Assembly (NCBI GenBank): GCA_043806595.1
Contig: JAZDGU010000029.1
Coordinates: 2,548-66,547 of the forward strand
Origin: Candidatus Micrarchaeota archaeon
GTDB taxonomy: Archaea > Micrarchaeota > Micrarchaeia > Norongarragalinales > SBBD01
Direction: 5' to 3'
Length of the DNA stretch: 64,000 nt
The notes under the pieces are model-generated. The model did no database searches and was not told the DNA's origin. It worked only from the letters and a program-made list of their open reading frames with translations. Below, piece after piece: positions 36,267 through 45,200 of the stretch. Position 1 is the first letter of the stretch, and each line of letters starts with the position of its first letter. The position numbers and the translations under genes are program-made.

Positions 36267-39200
36267 TCAGCCTGAAGTCGCGGCCTGGGCGCGCAACGCC
36301 TCGTTGAGAAACTCGAGCGCCTTCCGGTAGCCGGCGTCATTGCCCTGGTCGACGAGCTTTTCCGCCTCCTCGATGGACTTGACGACCTCCGGCGGGCACT
36401 GGTAACCGTCGCACCACTCCTTATAGCGCGCCAACAGGTTCGTCGCGGCTTCCGACAATGGAACAGGCGTCTGCGGGCCAGACTGCTCGTCCGACACCGG
36501 CACCCCAGCCCCCTCCAGCGCCGAATACCCGGGCAGTGCCGAAGACGTGACCACTGCTTCCGTGACGCTGAACGAGTCCGTCTGGACAGGCTTGGATGCC
36601 GCGAAGAAGGACTCCGCAATCGCCTGGGTGGCCTGCCTGCCGTTGAAAGCGGTAAGCAAATCATACTGGGGGACTCCGGCATACTCCGGGCCCTTGATGA
36701 AGTAGAAGCAGAACGGCTTCGTCCTCGGGCACAAGGCATTGGCGTCGACGCGGTTGAGGCAGACGGTCTTGCTTGCCTCGTCGCGCGTGCAAATCTCCTT
36801 GACCGACGTGACCGGGTCAGGGGCGTTGTCCAAGGTGGGGTTGTTGAAGACCACGACGTGGTTGCCGTAGCGGTAGTCCAACTCGGCGCGCACGGGCCTC
36901 AGGTCCGCGTAGGTGAGTATTGGTCCGAGAACGGCGACGATGGTCCCAACCAGCCGCGGGATCTTTGCGGGGGCGAACATGGACTTGAACCTGCTGCCGG
37001 CGTTCGTGAACTGCTTGAAGAAGCCTCCCGTGGTCTTCGCCGCCTTCGCGACGTCGTCGCCCTCGCTCTTGAGGACGTTCCGAGTGATGTCGATTATCGG
37101 TTTCTCGCTCTTGACGTTTCCTCCGGAAATCAGGGTCCGAGTTCTCGATAAAAGCCGGTCAGTCACTGTCGCTCCCCTTCCGAATTTTACATCGGCATCT
37201 GGAATTGAGGACATCGCGTTTTGCACCGTTCCCAGCCTAGGATACTTCGCGGTCATTTTGCGCAGGAAATCGTCGTACTGATCGGCAGGCACTATCGATT
37301 CCGCCTTGAGTATTCCCTTGAAGCTGAACGGCTTTCGGGTTCCTGTTGCGACATCCCCCCTTTGCCTCAAGTGCTCAAGCACGTGATCAAGTGTCTCTTC
37401 CTTCAAATATTGTGCCTCACTACTAATTCCAGCAGGCCATGGACCAGAGTGTAGGAAATTCCCGTTTCTAGGACCCTTGGCGGCAGTAAGCGAATCAACA
37501 ACATCGGCCCAGAGAGATGTCGAACCCGCCTTGGTGGATCTTGTGCCTCTCAACGAGGTCACTATCTGCTCCATGCGGCGCTGATACAAGGCGTTATCTA
37601 CGGGATTAAGCGACTTCTGCAGGGTGTCGTCGGCGAGCTTGTCGAAGAGTTCCTCCATCGCGTCGCGCCCGAGCATGTCGGACATGGCATCCATTATTAC
37701 TGGGTCGTTGGGTGGAATCTTCACCTTCACCAGTTCGTGGAAATCGGCGGCAGCCTTGCCCTTGGCGACAAGTTTCGTGATTGTCCTTGCGCTGAGGTCG
37801 CCGCCGAGGCCGAGGCGTTCTGCTTCCTTGATGCCATTGCGGAGGCCGATCGAGGCGTCGTAAGCCGAGCCCATCGATAGCCCGTAGTAGCGCGTCCCCT
37901 GTTCGGCCATCCACGCCGTGCTCCCCCAAGGCAGAATCGACCTGAACGCCTTCCCCGCTGGCAGCACAAGGTCGGGCTTGGCAACGACCTTGTCGTCTCC
38001 CTTGACGTACTCCACTCCCGAGAAAACCGCGCTGAAAGCCGTGAACGTGAGGAACTCGCTGGCAAATCTTGCGCCCAGGAACTTGGCGCTGAACGCCTGC
38101 CCGATGTTCCTCATAGTAGCGGCGCTGACGCCTTCGGCCGGCTTGAGGCCGAAGTTGGGGATGTACGCGGTAAACGTGTTAAGCAGGTAGTATGACGCGC
38201 CCTGCGCGCAGGCGTTCGCGGCGTCGCACGTGTTTGCGTCCTTGAATACGGCGTTTCCGACGTTGACGACGGAAGTCGAGCCGCACAATGCTAGCGTCGA
38301 AGCGAAGCCCATGACGGTTTCCTTGAGAGCGTAAGATACGCCGAAGGTCGCCATGATACCCTGGATGACCAAGTTTGGAGCGCTCGCGGCCATCACCGAA
38401 CCGGTGACCGCGCCCAACCGCTTGGTGCAGTAGCCTGCGTCGCTGTAGGACGGCGAATAGGAGAACAGGTTGGGACTGCTGCCATACAAGGCGGAGATCA
38501 AGCCCTGGGCGTTCCGCTCGTCCAACTCGCTGTTTCCGCCGCGGTAGGAACCAAAGTAAATCAGCTTGAACTTGTCGAATATGCTCTTGGCTTCCGCGGC
38601 GTCATTCGGCTTGCGGAGCTCGAAATAGGGCAGCTTGGTGTTCGCCTTGACCTGCTCGCGTCCGACGATGATTTGCGGGTCCTCGGCGGTAAGCAGGCCG
38701 GCGTTCGCGAGCGTCTCCTCGCACGCCTTGAACTGCGTCGGGTCGGCGGGATTGACGGCCATCTCTATTGACGCGGAGCGCAGCCACGCCTTCTTGTCCG
38801 GGAAGGAATTGGGGCTCTTGCAGAGGCCGAGGCGCGCAGTCACGATGTAGATGCCGCACGAGGATATGCCGCCCGAGGTGTCCCACTTGAAGTCTTCTAC
38901 GTACTTCTCGCCAGAAGCGTCGCGGAGCTCGCCGAGGCCCTCGTCAACGGACTTCTGCAGCTCGTTGAAAGAGACGCGCGTGTTCGCGCTCTGCACGATG
39001 ATGCTTTTATAGAAGCCGTTGCGGTTGTGGACGACGAGCCTCGGCTCGGACGGGTTGCAGAACGTCGAGATTTCCTTGGGGTATTTCTCGTCGAAGTAGA
39101 ACTTGAGGACGAACTCCTGCAGCTTCGCACCGAAGCCCTTGTAGGCGTCCTGCAGCTGTTCGCCGTTGCCCGTGCAGAAGTTCGTCTGGCACTGCATCGT

Positions 39201-42200
39201 CCCACCGGCGAGCGCGTCCAGCTTGCCCTGACTCTGGGCTCCAGTAGCGCCGGCATCGGACGCCAACAGCGCATCCGCGGCGTTTTCAGGAGTCCCGGCG
39301 CCGTCGGCAGGCGTCTCGAAGTAGAGGAAAACCCCGCCCGCGGTCTGGGCCGCGCCGCCTCCTGCGGGCTCGCCGGTGCCGCCCTCCTGCGCGGCCTTCT
39401 TGGCATCGTCCGTCGAGGCGAGCTCGGGCACCGGGACGGTGAGCGTCTGCTGTGGCACGAGGTCGCCCATGGGCGAGGACGGGAAGAACTCCTTGAGGGT
39501 TTCGTCGAGCGGCTTGCCGCCGACACCGACAATGACGGCGACCCTGCGCTGTTCGGGCTTGGTGGAAATCGCGCCGACGGAACGGATCTCGATGAAGCCT
39601 TCACCGGCCTTTTCCGCGGTGCATTCCGCGATGTAGCCGGTTCCGGCCTTCAGCGCCTGCGGGATGTCGCAGGATGCAAGAATGCTTCCGTCGCGGGATT
39701 TCGCGGCGTAGGAGAGCGAGAGGTCCTCGTCGTAGTTGTTCGTCATGGAGAGCCAGCGCTTGTGGCCGACGTCCTTGAAGACGAGCACCTGCGGCTCGCC
39801 GTTCTTGGCGTTGGTCTGGCCCTGCTGGTAGTTGACGTAGAAGCCGTTGAGCGCCGCGGACAGCTGCTTGCCGAGGTTGCCGAGGCACTTGCCGGTGTCC
39901 ACGAACGAAATCCTGATGGGCGCATCCTTGGCGGGCACCGTGCCCTGCCTTACCACGCCGAAGACGATCAGCTTGCCTTCCACGGACTGTTCCTCGAACG
40001 CCTCGGGCTTGAGGCAGCCGTACTCGTCGAGGAACTGCTCGGGGACGCCGACCTCGACCTCGAAACTCTGCCTCGGGCACGGGTCTTCGCCGGCGAGGTT
40101 GCGCTCGTTGACCCGCATGGAGACCAATTCCTTCAGCCAGGCGCCCTTCTTGGTGATGCTTTTCACCGCGTGGTCGAGGTCGCCCTTGGTAGAGACTATT
40201 GAGGGTCCCTCGAGCCATCCCTGCGGGCCGGAAAGCCGGAGGCCGGAGTTGAGCGGCGTGTTGATTTCCAACCGCACTTCCCTGTTGGAACTTCCCTCGT
40301 TCTTGACGCACAGCAGTTGCGACTGCGTGAGGTGGGAGTTCTCGTTGTTGAAAGTGAAGGTCAGGTCGCCCTCGAGAAGTATCGGGAAGGCCTCGTCGGT
40401 AATCAGCAGCATGCTGCCCTTCGTCTGCTTCTCGCACAGCACGAAGACGGTCTCCTCCTTCTTGGGGACGAGGACCTCGACGGGCGCGGCAGGGGCCTCC
40501 TGGCCGTCAGCAGCTGGTGCTGCAGCAGAGGTCAATATCCGGAAGGAAGGCGGGAAGATGACCTTGCGCACCTGCTTGAGCCCGTATTTCCGCCCGTTGC
40601 GGGAAATCTGGACGGAGAGGCAGGCTCCGTTGAAGTCGGTCTCGCGCGACACCTTGTCGACTTCCGAGGCGGTTGCGGGAAGGGTGTAGGTCACTTCCTC
40701 GCTGAAGATGCCCTTGATGCGGAAGCGTTCCTTGGGCTGGGCCATGTCCGTGGGGGCAATGCGCAACACGAAGAGCGTGTTGTCGGGGATGGTGAACTCG
40801 AGGGGGTCGGAGCCGAAGCTCTCTTCAGTGGTGCGCTTGGACATGATGCGCGTGGCATCGGCCTCGAAGCGGTCCAGCGTCTGTGGATCGGACAGGGTGA
40901 GGGTCACGGGGTTGGAAAGCCGTACTGATTCCATGGGCGAGTCCTTCCAGTAGTCGGTCTTGAGGCCGAGGAGGCTCTCCTGCGGCACGGACACCCCGAC
41001 GTCGAAAGGCAGGGTGAACTCGAAGTCCATGCCCTGCAGCATGGCGAGCTCGGGGTCGACGGTTGTGAAGGTTATTGGCTGGTTGGCGGCAAGCAGGACG
41101 TCGAACGAGGAGTCTTTCCTTTGTGTCTGGGGGGTGAAGCCGGCGGGGAAGGTCGCCTCGTAGCTCGTCGTGGCGATGCGGTTCTGGACGAGGTTCGACT
41201 CGCGGGGGAAGTGCCAGACGGAAGGCGCGGGGAAGGCGACGGTGAAGCTCTCCTGCCCGCGCACGGATTCGGAAGCCTTGAGGATCCTGCGGTCCATGGT
41301 GAGCATCGAGCCTGCGTGAACCTCGAGCTTGGCCGTGCCCTGCGGGGTCTCGGCGGAGGAGGACGCGCCTTCCGCGAGCATCCTGGCTCCGTTGGCGAAC
41401 TCGACGAGCTTGGCGTCGGAGGTCGGCACGTTCCTCACATTGACGTTGGGTGCCAGTGAGAGGCTGAAGCCAGCTGGAATCTCCTTCTCGGAGCCGTAGA
41501 CGCCGAACTCGGCTGGTCCGAGGGACATCTGCGTGTACGGAAGGACGTCAACGGAATAGCTGGAGTCGGGGAGCTTGAGGCCCTTGCGCGCGACACCGTA
41601 GAACGAGAGCTGGCTGCGGTCGTTGGAGATGGAGCTGACGGTGAAGCCGTCCTGCGCGACGCTCACCGAGACCTGCTCGTCCTTCTGGATTCGGAACATC
41701 ACGCGGAACGGCAGCATCATGCTGAGCCTGCCGTAGGGGTCCTGCTGGGCGAAAGGCGAGGGCATGCGGACGGCGCTGCCCGCGGGTATTGTTATCTTCT
41801 TGAAGTCGTTGGAGTCCGTGGAAATTACTGCGTCTGCGGGCAGGGAAATCGTCGTGCCGCTGCGGAACTGGAGCGCCTTGTTGCCGTTGAACTCGTCGCG
41901 CTTGACGCGCACGAACTCCTGCGGCAGGAATACGGCCTCCACGGGGAAGTAGACCTCGTAGGCGTCGCGGGAGGAGACGAAAGGCGTCAGCTGGATGCGG
42001 AAGGGCGTGTTGGAGGGAAGTGAAGCACGGCGCTGGCCGATGTCCCGCTGGCGCGTAAGCCGTATGCTTGCGGGGATGGTGATGTCGAAGTCCTCGACGG
42101 TCGCGGTCTGGAGGGAGCCCTCGCGCGTGAACTCGGTCTCGGGCTCGAAGTCCATGAACAGGCTGACGGGGAAGCGGAGCTCCCACGCGGTGTCGGCCAT

Positions 42201-45200
42201 CGGCTGCTGGTAGGGCTCGTAGCGGTTGGAGTAGCGCTGGTTGCTTGCGACTGCTATCTTGCGCGCCCACGCCGGCGGCACCTGGAAGAACGCGCCCGCC
42301 GGGACTATCGCGGCGAGCGAGCCCGCGGAGGTCTGCAGGGAGAATATGTAGGACGCCTGGTAGGGCGACTGCGCGAGATTCGAGAGGTCGCCGACCTGCG
42401 CGCCCTGCTCGAAGAGCATCGAGTCGCCGCTCGGCAGCTCGACGTACTCCGTTCCGTCGGGGTTCTCCTTGTGCAGGGTGCCCTTGGGGAACTGGAAGAC
42501 GAGCTCGACGGGAAGCGCGAGCCGCACTCCGTTCTTGACCTCGCCGACGTCGGGCAGGGCCTCGGTGGCGCTCACCTCGATTTCGTCGGACGAGCACGGC
42601 GACCCTCCGGCAGCCGTAGTCGCCTTGTAGGTGCCTGCCGCGGGGTAGCTGCATTTGATTGAACAGGAGCCTGTGGTGCCGGTGCAGTCCTTCGCGGTGA
42701 CGGTGCGACCGTTGCCGCAGTTGACTGGAAAGACGTTGGGGGCCTTGGGCAGGTCGTAGTAGCTTATCGTGAGGAGCGTGTTCTGGTTGCGGGAGAGCGT
42801 GGTCGGGTCCGCGGTTATGACGCACTGGGGCTCGGCCTCTGACAGCGGGTCCTCGTCTGGCTTGAGCACGTCGACCTGCACGGCACTGCATTGCGTGCCG
42901 GAGGCGGCTGCCTGGACGGCGTATGTGCCGTCCTGCTCGTAGTAGCACTTGGCCTGGCATGTTCCGGTGGTGCCGCTGCAGCCGGCGGCGTTCGCTGTCC
43001 TGCCGTTGCCGCAGTTGATGAGGAGCGCGTTGGGGGCGCGGGCGAGGTTGTAGTAGTTCGCCGTCACCATCGTGAACTCGCCTTCCTTTATCCTCGAGGG
43101 GTCGATGGTGAGCGCGCAGGAGGGGCGGGATGCCTGAACCTCCACGTATGCCGTCGTACATTCGACGCCGCCGGAAACCGCCAAAACCGTGAACTCGCCT
43201 GCCCGGGGATACCGGCATTTCGCCGAGCACGAGCCGGACTCGCCGGAGCATGAGACCGCGGAAACCTTCCTTCCGTTGCCGCACTCGATTTCGAAGGAGT
43301 TCGGGGAAGGCGAGAAGTCGGAGAAGGCGACGGTAACCGAGGATTCCTGGCCCTCGTCGAGGAGGGAAGGTTCGACGGTGAGGGCGCAGGACGGTTCGGG
43401 CAATGGCGTGGGGGTGACGGTGCCGCCCGAGCCGACGTCGCTGCAGCTGTCCGAGGAAGTGGCCGAATACGTCAGGGAGAGCTGGCGTTTGGAGGAGACG
43501 CCTTGCGTCGTTGCGATAAGCTTGAGCGTCGCGTTGCGCTCGTCCGGCTCGGTTTCGCAGGGGTCGACGGGCATCGCCTTGGCATAGACCCGAAACTCCG
43601 CTGAGCCGCCGCTGGGGACCACCACGGACAGGGGCTCGACGGAGAAAATCCTCGGGAGCGTGTTCTCCTGGTTGACGAGCAGCGGGTAAGGCGCGTCGTT
43701 GGTGACGGTTATCGACTGCATGTCGGACCTGACCTTCGGGGGCTGGAGGGCGAACTGCAGGGACTCGCTGGAGACCTGCCAGAGCGTGCCAAGCTCCTGC
43801 TGGACGAAAGAGGTCTTGACGGTGAACGGCACATATTCCTCCTGAGAGCTTCCGCCGAGCCTGGCGGAAATCCTGATGCGGCCGTTTATCTTCTCGGAGA
43901 CCGTCGAGGCGCGTTCGGCGATCTGGAGGACGGCATCGTCGATTTCGGCGGTCAGGCTCACGGTGCCGGACTGGCGCGCCTTCAACCGCAAGGAGAAGGT
44001 GTCGACGTTGATGCGGGTGTACTTTGGAATCTGCGAGAACTGCAGGGACATGGTCACGGGCACACTGTCCTCGAGGAGGTTGTTCACGGAGAACGCCTGC
44101 TGCTGGGGGTCGCGGGACTCGACGGCGAGGGCAAGGGCAGTTGAGTCGACTTCGACGAGCCTGACTGCGGAAACCAGGAGGGTGCCGCGCTTGGACTTGA
44201 AGCCCTCGGCGTCAATCTTGAAGGATACGTACCCCACGCTGACCGGCCTGATGCCCTCCGCGCGGTACGACGCGCTGCCGTCCCTGCCCTCGGTGTAGAC
44301 GCCCTCAACCTGCGCGCCCCTCAAGGCGTCCGAGCCGTCCCCGAGAACAACTGAAGCGTCCTTGACCGGGAGTCCGAGGGAGTCCGAGACCTTGAACGTT
44401 ACCACGCCGTCGGCAAGCGCCTGCAGCGACTTGGGCGAGTAGGAGACCTTCAGGTCGGGCTTGGTGCCGACGACGCGCGCCGCGAGATTGCGGGTCACCG
44501 TCGACTCGCCGAAGCGCGCCTGCAGCGTCAACGGGACGTCGTTTGAGAGGCGCTGAGCGCGGATTGAGAAGGTGCCGGCTGCGTTGTCATCGGAAGTGGT
44601 AAGCGATATCGCCTGCTCGTCGCCCTTGCGCGCACGCGCGCGGCTGTCACCGCTCACGCCCTCCTCGAGGGAAAGCGAGAGGTCGTCCGCGGGCGAGGTC
44701 AGCTCTATGACCGCGCCGCGTGGGGCCGCTAGCGTGAACTTGAGGGAGAACGTTTCGCCGGACTCCGCGGCGTAGTTGTCCGAGACCGTGCCGCCCCTGC
44801 CCTCGAAGTGAGACTCGAGGCAGACCTCGCCCTCGCAGATGCCGCCGAAGGAGAGGGGAAGCGACACGGAATTGGTTGCCGCGGAGAGGGCGTCGGGCCC
44901 GGCGACGGAGTCGACGGGGTCGCGGAGGATCTCGCGCGAGGTGTAGAACGCGGCGCGGTATTGGACGTTGACCGAGGCGCGGGAAAGCGGCCTGGTGCGT
45001 ATCTGAACGGACACCTCACGGGTGCCCTCGAAGGGCTGGAAGGTGAAGTCCGCGAACTTGTAGCCTTGCACGTCCTCGCCCGCCAGAAACAGGGCGGCGG
45101 CATTCCCGGCCGGGGTCGGCGTCGGGGTCGCGGTGACAGTCGCGGTAGGCTCCTCGCGCGAATACTCGGTGCCCTTGCGGACCACCGCGCTGCCGGAACC

